Positions 26,547 through 39,867 of a stretch of 64,000 bases of DNA are shown here, in pieces. The DNA comes from Octopus vulgaris (Eukaryota): positions 21,452,001 to 21,516,000 of the forward strand of contig OX597820.1 in NCBI GenBank assembly GCA_951406725.2, written 5' to 3'. Numbering within the stretch: the first letter of the stretch is position 1; each line of letters begins with the position of its first letter. The position numbers and the translations under genes are program-made. Under the pieces are notes generated by a model, which ran no database searches, was not told the DNA's origin, and saw nothing but the letters and a program-made list of their open reading frames with translations.

Positions 26547-28014
26547 AATGTACATTCAAAAATATATATATTTTTGAAAGTATATTATATAGTCTTTGAC
26601 TATCTTTTCTTTCTCACTGGACCGCTGGTAGCGGAGAATCTTTTCTAGAATTTTTTGCTACCCTTATATTTATTAATATATTGAATATATATATATATAT
26701 ATCATTTTAAAAGTGGATGACTATTTTAACAGAACTAATTTTTAAATCGAACTGGAGGAAAATGTTTTTGTATTTATTGTTTCTGTTCTGAAAACACATG
26801 AAAATGGAGAAGCACTCAAGCCTAAATATAAAATTTAAACACTGTAAATATGCAATGAAGAAATGTGCAGTGTAAAAAGCAATAAATACTAATTTTGTCA
26901 GTTTTTAACTAATAACAGTTAATTTCTACAGTAGTTTTAGGATATCTTAATTTTCTATATATAGTTACACATGATATATGTGTATGTAGATATGTCATTT
27001 TGTTTTGTTGCTGATGTCGATTACTGATCTAGATATGCAAGTAAGGAACAATTAATTGAATTTAAAGTATATAGAAAAATAGAAAGTTATGTCAGTTACA
27101 TGAAAGTAATTTAAGTTCATGTTGATGGAGAGAAGATAACTTATCAGAAGAAAGACAGCAGATCATTGGAGAATACCAGTATATATAGAGTTGTGTAGGT
27201 GAAAGAATATGATGAAGCTATTGGGGAAATGTTCTAACAAACAGCCATATAAAGCAAATATGGTAAAGAGTTTGCTTGTCATATTTTATGCTAAAATAAT
27301 AATTATTTATAAAAGAAAAACTGTGTGGAAGACAACAGTTATTGTCTTTAAAGGATGGATTCTGTTTGGTAATTAATAATGAGTGATGACTAAAAATGTT
27401 AATTAATTACAAATTTAATTGCTTTTTCATTATCAGTGATGAAATTGTTCAAATTATGAGTTGAAATTAATGGCTAAAATATTAGTAATAATAAGCATAG
27501 TGAATTTTAAAATTTATTTCAGGTACAATACTTAAAGTGAAATGTGCAGGTAGAAGTATCCTAAGAACTTAGATAAGAGCAAGAAAGGTAAGTATTAAAT
27601 TAATAGAATATAATAAGAAATTTACATAGCATTAAGTAATAGATTAGAATTCTATGACTACCATTCATAGATTGCAGCTACGGTTATTATTTCAAGTCAA
27701 CATAGCCACTTTTAGCAACATATATATTACCACTGCTACTGTAAGCAACAATAGAGGGACCATAAATTGTACCTGCAAAGGTTGATACGCAGAAACCTGC
27801 TTTTTGAACGTTGTGTTTGATGTATATAAGTTGAAGACATTTAATGTTTCATAAAAAAACAAAGCTTCAGGAGAAAAAGCAAAAATTGCATAAAATATTA
27901 AAAGCTAAATATTTTCTTCTTCCTGTCTCACTTCTGAAAATCTAAAATCCTTTCTGTTGATGATGCTTCATTTTTTTTATGTGAGTGTAAGTCACTAATA
28001 ATAATAATAATAAC

Positions 28015-28051
<37 letters not shown>

Positions 28052-28826
28052 TAGTTTTAAATTTACTAAACAAATGAATTGGTAAAAGCAATTCGATGTG
28101 TGATTTTTTATTTACTTTTCTTTTTAAAACAACTTTTGGTAGCAAATGTACATTTAGAGAAGTATTTATCATAAAGGCAAATATATACTTTGAACAACTT
28201 TATAGTTGCTTATTAACAAGCAACATTTTAAAAAGTTGATACCTGAAGACATGAGCTCTTCACAAATGTAAAATGAAGATAAGAAGACAAGGATATATCA
28301 TTATATTCAAAGTATAATTCATCAGCAGTATTTTATCAAAGTTTGGAGATAATTTTATTGCTTTACCTGCAAGCTATCAAACAAGATATGTGTATAGTTG
28401 ATGAAATTACCTTCAGAACTCTAGTTTATTGGAAAATGCAGTGAAATATGAAAAAATGGATAGAATCTAAATTTAATATAGTCTAATCAGAGATCAAACA
28501 CTTGATAATAAACATAGAATTCCTAAGTGCTGATTATAGATAATTTAGAATAATAATATAACATTAAAATGAATATATAGGTGTATGTGTATATATTAAA
28601 AAGGGTTTCAGAAAAGATAGAAAGATAAAGGTGATATAGACATATTTAGTGCATCACTATACAACTTATTTGTAAGTAATGTTTTGTGTATATTTCTTGA
28701 GGAAGACAATATATTTTCCTCTTATCACTATTTTCGAATATAGGCATGAATATATAAATATATTATCCTTTGGTAATATGTATATACTTTTATATTACAC
28801 ACTTTTATATAGGATAAGACACTCAC

Positions 28827-28879
<53 letters not shown>

Positions 28880-29776
28880 GTAAGCTTGATATATCTGTAC
28901 GCAGCACCGCAGTCGCTCGCGCACGCAGCACTTAATAGTATATATTAAAAGCAATTATTCATCTAATTAATGTTGCTTAAATATATGAAATAATTTTCCC
29001 TAAAATTTGAGTTGAGCTTTTCAAAATTTTTGATTAGAACAACAGGAACAGAAAACACAAATAGAATAATTCAAGAATTATTTGGTGCATCAAAGGTTCT
29101 ATGAACTATGAATTTATAATAATCAAGTTAAGTTTTATACTGGAGTTGTTTAGTTGACTCTATTAATTAAAAAAAGTTTTTTTATATTTTATGTGATACA
29201 TGATGTGTGTGTGTGTGTGTGTGTGATGATATCATATCAGAATATGACATTAGCAAATAAATAACTTCAATGATAAAATAAAGGTAATTGAAAATTCTTG
29301 AAAGATAGGGTCTCTAAATAACTAAAACGTCTAAACAGAAATGCTGAAAAACTCAACAAAGTGAATACTTGTGCATGTGTGTATTTTCCACAAATAAAGT
29401 AATATGTTTTAATATATTTATTTTCCTTTTCTTATTTATAAATGCATGGTAATATATTAAAATCAGAAATTTATTTGTGGTACACATTTGTTTACTGTGT
29501 CTATTTGTGTCTATACACAAACACGTTTGAACATTTCTACAACTTAAAATTATATCAAATATATTCTATAACTGAATCACCAAAAATATAGGAGGGCTGT
29601 ATGAAAAGAAAAGAAACGTATTAAATTTAGCAATTATATTTAGCAATTAAATTTATATGTGTTCTTCAATCTTGATTAAATAAAAAAATATTTAAATTAA
29701 CAAAGAATATTCATGCAATATTTCTAAAAAAAAAATGAATGATGAAATAGCAATTATCATAGATTCAAAACCTTAC

Positions 29777-29871
29777 CTTTTCATCTTCACTATCACTTCC
29801 AGCCTTCTCAGTTTTCTTCAAACTCATACGTGTCAGCTCAATCTGAGACAATCTCCTACCAGATTTGTCAA
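29777..29871 (-). CDS. unc-22: Twitchin linker exon with RRLS PKA site and LKKT motif
   Basis: ttccag|TT ... AAG|gtaagg, 95 nt, phase 1 to 0. (V)DKSGRRLSQIELTRMSLKKTEKAGSDSEDEK. Needed to connect the phases of the flanking exons. Confidence 0.88.
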
Positions 29872-32394
29872 CTGGAACATAGGAAAGACAGATATTGGAG
29901 CAAAGTGTTACAGAAACGCTCATTGCGAACGGCCATGTCCCATATTCAAGAGTTACAGTTTATGCCGTATTTTTTCATATCTAATACATTTCTCATTGGG
30001 AGACATTTTTATACTTACTTTTTACGTGTATTTACCTTATCCAAAAGATATTTAATTGGTACTGCAACCAAAACACATATTGGCAAAGTTAAAATGTTTG
30101 CTACTAAAAAAACAATGCTGCCTTACGACTAGATATTAATGAAAGTATAAAATTTGATATCCAAAATATATAGAATGAATATATACATAATATAACACTT
30201 TTAAGGCTTATGATCAACTACAATTTCCAAAGGTGCAGTGAATAAATGAGAAAATGTGAAAATCTGATATTCTTCATAAGAAGGCAAAATAGTGAAAGAT
30301 ATTTTCTTATTGAATAAATGTAGAATAAATGTTTTTCATGAACATACGCATTGCCATTGTAGTGAAGTTTGATTGAAGACTGATCAACTACATAAATCAT
30401 GCACTTTTCTCATCTTTATGCTGAAATGCTGATATCAGTTTGTTTTTATTGTGATTTGAAATATTCTTAGATTTGTCAATTATACATAATTTAAAACATT
30501 ATTTAAAAAAAAGACAATTTAACTATGACAGAAAATATTTTATAAGCCAGATTCAAAAAAATATGAATATTTTTAGTGTTAAAAGCAAAAAATTAAACAT
30601 TTATCATGCAGTGTAATTTAGATAACTGTTATCCATGTAACAGTACATTTACAGATTATTTAAATCAGAGAATTTTCTTTTGTTTGCTACTTTTCCAAAT
30701 ATATTTCTTGCATTCAAATCGCCATTATCATTTACTGACTTCTTTGTATTATTCTGGATTTGTATTAATAATTAATAATGCAAGCAATTATAATAGTTGT
30801 CCATGATTACTATGATTATTGTAGCAGTCACTGTGTGTTCCACATGTGCATTCTTAATTTGAGTATGATTGATTGATTCTAGTTTCAGCTCATGAGCTGT
30901 GGCCATGCTGGGGCACCGCCATGTATGTGTATAGTTAAATAGCTTTTACTCATTAAAAAGAAAAGTATAAATAAATTGGTAATTGATAATTAGTAGGAAA
31001 AAAAAATAAATGGATTATAAAAATTTAAAAAAGGAAATGAAATCTTGTAAAATAAAACAGCGAAAAAAAAGAAAAGAAATATAATACATTTAGTAAAAAC
31101 TTTCACTTCTTGGATTTTCTGGAAAAAGAAGTAAATAACAACACAAAAAAATTAGAAAAATATTTAATGATTTTTCTAACCTCACTATACTATTATATAT
31201 TGCCATAGTAAAATAGGCAACAACAGATAATACTAGATTATCTACTTATGTAAACAAAAACCCATATGAATGATGGTAAATATTTACCCCCAGAAAATTA
31301 TTTATAATAATATAATGATTTCCGCGAATTTGATACTTGGCCAATTTTGTCATAGATTAAGTGAATTGATAGCCAAAAGTATCACAGACAAAGTTCACTC
31401 TTCAGAGATTTGAACCCTGAACCATGAAATACCAAGCCGGATGGAACAAAACTTCCACAAACATATACCAAGTTATTAGAAATTTATTTGAATGATTTAT
31501 TTCTATTTTTGATGTTGGTTCTTGAATTTTAACCAGAATTGTATTATTCTTAGCATATTCAAATAATTCTAAAACTATATTTTGGAATAATTTACTTAGT
31601 GAAGGAGTTGGCCAATTTTAATAATTTAAATTATATTTTTCTTTTACTTATTAGTTTACATTAATAATACAAATTAATTGTATAATACTGGTAGTATAAT
31701 TTACTTTTATATCCATAGATATAATTGACAATAGAAAAAATTCAAAGTTTGGCAATTATAATTTGTATTTTATATAAATACTCTTTAAGGATAAAAAAAA
31801 AATTAAATAAGGAAGTAAAAAGCAAAGGCAGAAACACGCATAAAATTTTTTAAAATATCAATTATCTCTACCATTACTGTGGAAATATGAAACAATTTTT
31901 AATAATAATATAATATAAATGTGTGTGTGTATATTTTAAGTTAAGTGTTATTTGAAACATAAATAATATCATTAACTGTATTGAATTAACACCTGCAAGA
32001 ATTTTCCCCTTAAAGAATAGCAAAATTATATTTCATCTAATTCTGTATGAGATGTACAAGCAGGCTGTATAATATGCTTGGCTCATACCTAGAAGTAAAT
32101 TTTAGTTTCATTTAAGTGTTTTAGATAAATATTATCAAGGTGAAGTTGAGATGAATAATATCATTAAATTTTAATTACAAAAACGTGGAAAATTTTAAGT
32201 CAGTATATATTTATCGGTATTCATTATTTCCAAGCTAATTAAATAGTTGCATACACACACATGAAAAACAAAATGTATCATAACCAAGTTGTCAAACTTA
32301 AAAAGTAAATGTATATCTAGAGTTGAAACCAGCTGATCTGATTTAAAAATTGGACTACTATTAATTATTGAAATATCAAGAATTATGTAGACCA

Positions 32395-32856
32395 GAAGAG
32401 GATCTACCCGCATGGTTCATGGTCTCAAAAATTTGTCCTACGAAGAAAGGCTGAGGACGCTCGACCTTTATTCTCTTGAAAAACATCGCCGCCGTGGTGA
32501 TCTCATTCTCACCCACAACATCATAAGCGGAAAGTGTAACCTCTCGAAAGAGCTGTTCTTCACTCCTGCTCCAGAGCGTCGGCTGCGGGGTCATTCCGAA
32601 AAGCTCTACCTGCGACGATTTCATCTCAATCGAAGGAGAGGAGCTTTCTCCGTCCGGGTTGCGGATCCATGGAACAAGCTGCCAGACGAGATGGTGAAGA
32701 TGCCGACGACCGCTTTGTTCAAAGCCTCCCTTGACCTCAAGTGGCCTGAACTCTTTACATGAACACCACCCTGTACTTAACTCCATGTCCCCCTACATGG
32801 CCTTGCTATTTGCTTTTGAGCCAAATTAACTAACTAACTAACTAACTAACTAACTT
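32395..32856 (+). mobile_element. CR1-clade LINE 3' end with (TAAC)n tail
   Basis: ORF 32412-32762 GLKNLSYEERLRTLDLYSLEKHRRRGDLI...RLRGHSEKL...FSVRVADPWNKLP is the typical CR1 ORF2 C-terminus. Short 3' UTR then (taac)n. Confidence 0.88.
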
Positions 32857-32860
32857 AACA

Positions 32861-33130
32861 ATGATCTCAATATTTAAGTTGCAATATTCTGGTTATATTA
32901 TGCATAGAAAATCCCTGGAGAAGGACATCATGCTCGGAAGGGTCAGTGGCAAGAGAGGAAGAGGCCGAACAAGAACCTGCTGGCCTGACACCATCAAGAG
33001 TGACACGGGAATGGACATAGCCAATCTGATAGAAGCAACCCAGGATAGAACTGGCTGGAGGATACTGATCCATCGAATAACCGAGAGTCAACTTCGACTG
33101 AGCGGATAGATAGATAGATAGACAGACAGA
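32861..33130 (+). mobile_element. RTE/BovB-like LINE 3' end with (GATA)n tail
   Basis: KLQYSGYIMHRKSLEKDIMLGRVSGKRGRGR...WPDTI...QDRTGWRILIHRITESQLRL resembles the BovB/RTE C-terminus. Confidence 0.85.
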
Positions 33131-34908
33131 TTCTGTTTTGTTACATTATATGAAAATATTTGAGAAAAGTTCACTTAAAGTAATAGTAAAGCATATTCTT
33201 TACAGTAAAATTTAAATTGTTATTATTTTGAAGAATAATATTAATATATCTTAGTTTATCTAAACACATATCATGATCAGGACTTCAGAGAAAGAACTTT
33301 ATTTCAGCTGATTTATTGACTTTTATTGTTAACTGTAAAAGGGAGAAGGTCAATAAATGCAGGGAGAGCATTCAATATTAGAAAATGTCAATATCATTCA
33401 AAAGTTGCAACAATTTAAATGTTCTCCCATCGTATTCACTAAGCCTATATATAAATGTTTCCATTCCTATAACTTATCCACGAGGTAAGAGCAAACTCAG
33501 TTTTTATGAATACAAGTTTTACATGACATAAGAAATTATTAGGATTTCCTATAAAATTCATATTTGTTTTACAAAAGAAATTATGTTCACGTAATTATTA
33601 AGATAGACAACACATTTCTTGGGTGCAGAAATATGTTTTTTAATATTATTTACTTCTTATTTTTTACTCTTGATAATATGATATAAGGATATTTAGTTTT
33701 GATTACAAAATTGATTTTCTTTATGTTTCAAATTCTATTTATAAGGAAGAATATCATTATATGTTTCATATTTCCACAGTAGAGCTTCTACTTTGAAGGT
33801 ATTCAAAGGAATTTGGACTACACGGGAACTACGGATTGGAAAGGATGTTATCATTTTCAGGATAGTTATCTAATTTTGGTGGTTGACATTCCTTGAAGAA
33901 CATATGGTTCAACAGAGAAATATTTCATGTAGTTTATTGAAGAATAATATATTTTAATTGTTTAGATAAATGATTTACTGTATTTTTATTTGGAAATTGT
34001 GATCATCTGTAAATTTATATATACATTTATTTATTTATCTTTTTATTTATTTATTTATAGTTATATTTAAATTATGAAATAGATATTTTCATGTTTCACA
34101 GTCTCATGTAAGATTTGTGGTAATTCATTGATAAACTATGCCTTAAACTAAATGTCTTGGTTATTTCAACCTATGTTTGAGACTGCTTAATTGCAATTTA
34201 ACTTTCTAACAACTGACAAAGTAATAATAGATTATTTTAAGGTTCTTTTCAATATATTTTAAAACTATGGTATCATAAGATGCATATTTATTGTAAGAAA
34301 TGCATAAAAATATTAAAGAATATTTAATTTCCTTAATTGATAAATTGTGTGACCAGTCCTTTTTGTTAAGATAGTTCAGGTTAATAAAAGTCAGTTTAAT
34401 AGTTTAATAGTTAATGCTGGTTATTTAACAGTATTTAAAATATTGAGTGCAATGTATTGAATACATAAGTTAAAATTATTAAAGTACATGGATTTGGTAT
34501 GCATCAATGTTTAATTAGAAATATTGGTTTATTTTGTGGTTTATTATTGGTTTATTTTGTTTATTTTGGTTTATTATGTTTGTAGTTAGATATATTGTGA
34601 GATAACTGAAAATTAAATTTTCCTGTTTTAGTAAAATCTGCTATTAATAAATTTTGTCATTTTTAGTGCAGCATTCATAAAATATTTTGATAAAAGTTTA
34701 TATTACATGAATACAATTTTATTACAAAATAGAATATGAAAATAACTAACTTATGTTTAAACATGGAAGTCTTGCATAATAAGGTGACAGGAACTAAAGC
34801 AGGGAATAAAACCAGGGTCAGATAATAATAATAGGAATAATAATAATAATGATAATAATAATAATAAATGGGATGGAAGTGACACTTCTAACAAGGTGAA
34901 TTTTATAC

Positions 34909-34983
34909 CTGTCTGACCCTTGTCAATTTTTTTAAGTTGGTGATTTCCCTTATTGTTTCCATCATCGGCTTTGTCACGTTTTA
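34909..34983 (-). CDS. unc-22: Probable 75-nt symmetric cassette exon of the twitchin linker
   Basis: catttttcag|TA ... ACA G|gtataa, phase 1-1, open frame (V)KRDKADDGNNKGNHQLKKIDKGQT. Hydrophilic composition like adjacent exons. Confidence 0.72.
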
Positions 34984-37427
34984 CTGAAAAATGAGCACAC
35001 TAAATGAGCATTCCACTCTATTTCATTAGCATTATGAAAAATGACTAAATCGCTTTGTGCACGCTGGGCGCTGTACTTTGCAGTTTGCTGTTGCATAGAG
35101 TTCGCAGTAGTTTTAGGAAAACTGAATCCTCCCCTTTTGCTTTCTTTGCCTTTGAGCAGCAGATTGCTTTACCATTTTGCTTTCGCACAAAATAATTAAT
35201 GTTATGCAGCTTGCGATCAGTAAGTTAAGTGAAGCGCAAAACAAATAACGAACGCGCAGAAGATTAGCAAAGCGGACAGAAAAGAAAAAAAAATTTTCCA
35301 GCAAGGACCACTTTCACAAACACATACGCAAACACATACATATAGACATTTGTCCAGAAGAAGGCATACTCATCAACAGATAATTTAAAAGTTCAATAAT
35401 CTGTTCCAAGTGATCCATATTTTTTTTACTTGTAAGAACTGTTTATTTGTATTCATATATACAAGCATACATATAAACATACATACACTTACACACATAC
35501 ATACATATACACACAACACATATGTGTGTATATGTATGTATGGTTTCAATTTCTAGTGTATGTATTTAAAATATGTATTATTTAAATATGCAATATCTGG
35601 AAAGCTTGATGTTAAAATGATGATGATCATCATCATCATCATTAATTTGTCATTGCTGGAAACCATTATCTATTAAAATTTAGACCAAATGTGATAATAA
35701 GCTTCAAACTTATGCAGTAACTGGGACACCTTTTTACATATGTTTGTTGTTTTTAATTACTATTTCTTTCTCTTTTTTTTTTTTTGTTTTAGTAGAACTA
35801 AATATTTTTATAAAAGTTTCTATTATCATACTGTTTTACTTTCTGCTTGAACTTTTGATTACTCTCATAATTAGTGATTAAACTTTACCAATTAGTTATC
35901 AATTAGAACATAGTCTATGTTAATTAAAATAATGAGAGTGATAAAAAATTTCTTGATAACTGATGAAGTAACTTGTGATAATAGAACTCTTTGTATCCCA
36001 TTTTATCAAATAGTTATTGCTAATATAACTTCAATAGTTAAAGGTCATAATCAATATTGTTATATTTTTAATTATGATAAATAAAAAATATTGGAGCTTT
36101 GTTCAAAGATTTTATCGTGTTTGGTCTAAAAAACATAAAGCATAACAACATCTAGACTAAGAAAGAGAACATAGATGTGAGAGTGTTGTGATAGAAGAGC
36201 TTTGTACAACAAACACATTGACAAGCGAAAGACAAAACAACAAATATATTTTAGAAATGTCAAGAAGAGATTGCCAGATTGAGAAGAAATATTTCGCCAG
36301 ACAAGGAACATAATAAATGATGCATCCTATGCAAGTCATACCGGAGTCTGAAACAAAGAAATAAAATGGAGCATTTGGCATGTACACTAAAAATTGGCTT
36401 GATGGGATAAAGCATAGTTTTTCAGCATATTTATCTAAAGAGCGCAGCTTATACTTATCAAATACCTATGATGTACATTCGAATTCAAATGAGTGAGGTA
36501 CTAGCCTATTTTGATCAATATAGATACAAAAAAGTAGAAAACAGGATCTAGAAAAATAGCATGAGCGCATTATGTTTATAGATTTATGATCATTATTTTA
36601 GCATATTAGACTTTGATGAAAATATAGCGCCAGTTTTTAAAAGTTTCTCATGAAATTTGCTCCCTTATGGAGTTTATAGTATCAATGTAACCATATCTAG
36701 AATCGATATGTTTCAAAACAAAAAAAGCTGTCAAGAAAAATAAATTCAATAAATTAGGAACATATCTAATAAAAAGAATATTTAAATTATTATTATAAAT
36801 GTTTTTAAAATTCAGAATGGTGATAATGAAAATAGCAATGAAAATATTCAATGGCAATCAAAAAGGCATTATATGTTAAATATAAATTACAGGATAATAT
36901 ATATTGGTAAGGTTTATATCTAAGCAGGAGTAGAGGAACATTTATAATAGTTTGAAATAGTAAAATTGAATATCTGTGAAGAGATATATTACCTATGAGA
37001 AAAATGTTTATTATTTTGTATTAGTTTCTAATGATACATTCTATATTTGTTGCTGACCTTTAGCAGATTAATATCAAACTAATAAAAGTGATAATTCTAA
37101 TTTTTTAATATATTTCTTAGGAAATTATCCATCTTCGTCTATCGAAGTAAATAATAATATTAATAAGTTATTTCAGAAATGGGAATCAGTTCTTCTAATG
37201 CAAAGTTCATTTCAAATCTTCAGAATTTATTTTATGCAGAAATCTTTAATTTTTGTTGCCAGAATTCATTAATGCTTCCTTTATTATTTTAAATTCTAAT
37301 TGAATAGTTTATTTTAAGGAATAATTAAAAATTTCTTCTGAATTCCAAGGTCAATAATAAATATAGTAAACATACAAAATTCCTTTTTATGACTTGAGAT
37401 ACTCGATACAGAAAAACATATATTTAC

Positions 37428-37486
37428 CTGGTTTTAACTGGCCCCAATCCAAGTCATCATCATCATCAGCTGTCTTTTTATCACCT
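37428..37486 (-). CDS. unc-22: Twitchin linker exon
   Basis: ttaacag|A ... CCA G|gtaaat, 59 nt, phase 2 to 1. (R)GDKKTADDDDDLDWGQLKP. Confidence 0.88.
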
Positions 37487-37622
37487 CTGTTAAATTGAGA
37501 GAAAGAAAATTAAACATTTCTTAGTTTTCTTGACTTTCGTACATAGGCTTTAATATATAAATCGTTTATTAATTAATCAGAGAACTTTTAAGTATTGTAG
37601 ACCTCATCAAACAGGTGCTACT

Positions 37623-37766
37623 CTCTTTTTTACTTGTTTCACTCATTTGACTGTAGCCATGCTGGAGCACCGCCTTTAGTAGAGCAAATCGACCCCAGGA
37701 CTTATTCTTTGGAAGCCTAGTACTAATTTTATTGGTCTTTTTTGCCGAACCGCTAAGTTACGGGGA
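37623..37766 (-). mobile_element. SINE family A, 3' fragment
   Basis: Reverse complement of 38205-38343. Confidence 0.8.
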
Positions 37767-37926
37767 AGAACGAGGGTTTACAGATATATTACTGTTCCTC
37801 TTTCATAAATTAGTCAGAATAGGACGGGCAGTGGCCATGTCCTTGAGATGGCTCTCTGAATCTGAGCAAAATGGTGTGACCAGTGTTTCACCTGCAATAG
37901 ACTAGGAGTGAAATTTGAAATATTAT

Positions 37927-38091
37927 AGGCGCAGGAGTGGCTGTGTGGTAAGTAGCTTGCTTACCAACCACATGGTTCCGGGTTCAGTCCCACTGCGTGG
38001 CATCTTGGGCAAGTGTCTTCTGCTATAGCCTCGGGCCGACCAATGCCTTGAGTGGATTTGGTAGACGGAAAACTGAAAGAAGCCTGTCGTA

Positions 38092-38140
<49 letters not shown>

Positions 38141-38343
38141 ATATGTTTGTGTGTATGTGTTTGTCCCCCTAGTATTTCTTGACAACCGATGCTGGTGTGT
38201 TTACGTCCCCGTCACTTAGCGGTTCGGCAAAAGAGACCGATAGAATCTAGGCTTACTAAGAATAAGTCCTGGGGTCGATTTGATCGACTAAAGGCGGTGC
38301 TCCAGCATGGCCGCAGTCAAATGACTGAAACAAGTAAAAGAGT
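37927..38343 (+). mobile_element. tRNA-derived SINE, family A, full length
   Basis: GGCGCAGGAGTGGCTGTGTGGTAAG (A box), GGGTTCAGTCCC (B box), internal TA/TG microsatellite, tail GAAACAAGTAAAAGAG. Confidence 0.9.
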
Positions 38344-38467
38344 ACTGAGGAGAAGTATGAAGAAATAAACCATTTCATTTCCCTATGATAAAACAACAGC
38401 AAGGATTATTTCACTGAAATGTTTATCCTTACATTCATATATTTCCTAATGGATAATTTTGTTCCAG

Positions 38468-38601
38468 TTGTGTCGACGAAGTAGACTAGCCCAATACGTA
38501 GATATAGAGGGATAAGTCTAGACGTCGAGACTAAGAGTAGCGCAGAGTAGTAGGAGAACAGAGTTGAGTAGTAGAGGCATCCGAACGTGCGACATAACAG
38601 T
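38468..38601 (+). repeat. Fragment of an interspersed repeat (possible LTR); inverted partner at 43562-43703
   Basis: cccaatacgtagatatagaggg and agagttgagtagtagaggcatccgaac are present as reverse complements at 43562-43703. Confidence 0.65.
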
Positions 38602-38859
38602 TCTCAATGTTCAAAACAAATGGTTGATAACTAACAGTAATAATTTAATCTCTTAATTTAAACAGCAATACTAAACGTGATTAAATAAGGCTTTTGAAAC
38701 AATGGAGTTAGGTTAATGCATTGCAGCCAGTTTATGATATATTTTTAGATTCTACTAAAAGCATAATCTCATTATGGCAACATTTGAACTGACAGCAAGA
38801 GAATGATCATACGCTGTATAATTTTTATCTAAACAAAACTGTTAAATAAATTTCGCTTT

Positions 38860-39041
38860 TGGGATTTGGTTTGCAAGATTCTTTATATGAGTTCGTGTGT
38901 TGAAGCATATTCTTTTGTCTGGGGAGAGTCATTTTCTTTTTGTGTCTTATAATATAACACACTCACCGGTAAAATTTCCACTTTTTTCTTATTTTTATTT
39001 TCCTAAAATTTTCGTTGCGTCTTGCAATCTTTTCGATAGTT
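38860..39041. repeat. Interspersed repeat shared with 63735-63945
   Basis: gagtcattttctttttgtg...taacacactca...cctaaaattttcgttgcgtcttgcaa matches the element near the window end. Confidence 0.7.
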
Positions 39042-39129
39042 AAATAAATGGAAAATAGATATGCTACCACTTTACAGTTAAATAGTCAACTATAAAGAAA
39101 GTCATCCAACATTAAAATCTTTCCTCATA

Positions 39130-39290
39130 TGCAGGAGTGGCTGTGTGGTAAGTTGCTTGCTTACAAACCACATGGTTCCGGGTTCAGTCCCACTGCATGG
39201 CACCTTGGGCAAGTGTCTTCAACTATAGCCTCAAGCTGACCAAAGCCTTGTGAGTGGATTTGGTAGACGGAAACTAAAAGAAGCTCGTCG

Positions 39291-39333
<43 letters not shown>

Positions 39334-39533
39334 TTGTGTGTCTGTGTTTGTCCCCCCACCATCGCTTGACAACCGATGTTGGTGTGTTCACGCCCCCGTA
39401 ACTTAGCAGTTCGGCAAAAGAGACCAATAGAATAAGTACTAGGCTTACAAAGAATAAGTACTGGGGTCGAATTGTTCGACTAAAGGTGGTGCTCCAGCAT
39501 GGTCGCAGTCAAATGACTGAAACAAATAAAAAG
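39130..39533 (+). mobile_element. tRNA-derived SINE, family A, full length
   Basis: Collinear with 37927-38343. Confidence 0.9.
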
Positions 39534-39821
39534 ATACACACACACAAAACACAAGGCATTAGTTGACCTGAAGTTATAGCAGAAGACACTTGCTTCTTAA
39601 GGTGACATGCAGTGGGACTTAATGTGAAACAATGTAGCTGTAGTAAACTTCTGAACCACACAGCTATTCCCGTTGGTTTTAAAAACTTATACGATCTCAT
39701 TTCAAATATAACTGAAATGTTCGTCAAATTAAGATTTAAATTGTACCATCTGAAGAACAACTGACATAGAAAAAGCATTAAAGAAAAAGTTTTGGCAAAT
39801 GAAATAAAGTTTTGTGCTTAC

Positions 39822-39867
39822 CTGTGTTTAAGTAATGAACGAAAATCTAAACTGGAATCTTTAGGAT
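39822..39867 (-). CDS. unc-22: Twitchin exon encoding the DFRxxL actin-binding motif
   Basis: ttctag|AT ... CAC AG|gtaagc, 46 nt, phase 1 to 2. (D)PKDSSLDFRSLLKH(R). DFRxxL is the smooth-muscle MLCK actin-binding motif also reported in molluscan twitchin. Confidence 0.9.

Noticed and set aside
26624-26648. CCGCT-ggt-AGCGG hairpin followed by CTAG, like a Helitron 3' end
   Set aside because: No identifiable 5' end; too short to support a call.
37927-38000. tRNA genes at SINE heads (also 13084, 42162)
   Set aside because: They have A/B boxes but no complete cloverleaf, and continue into SINE bodies.
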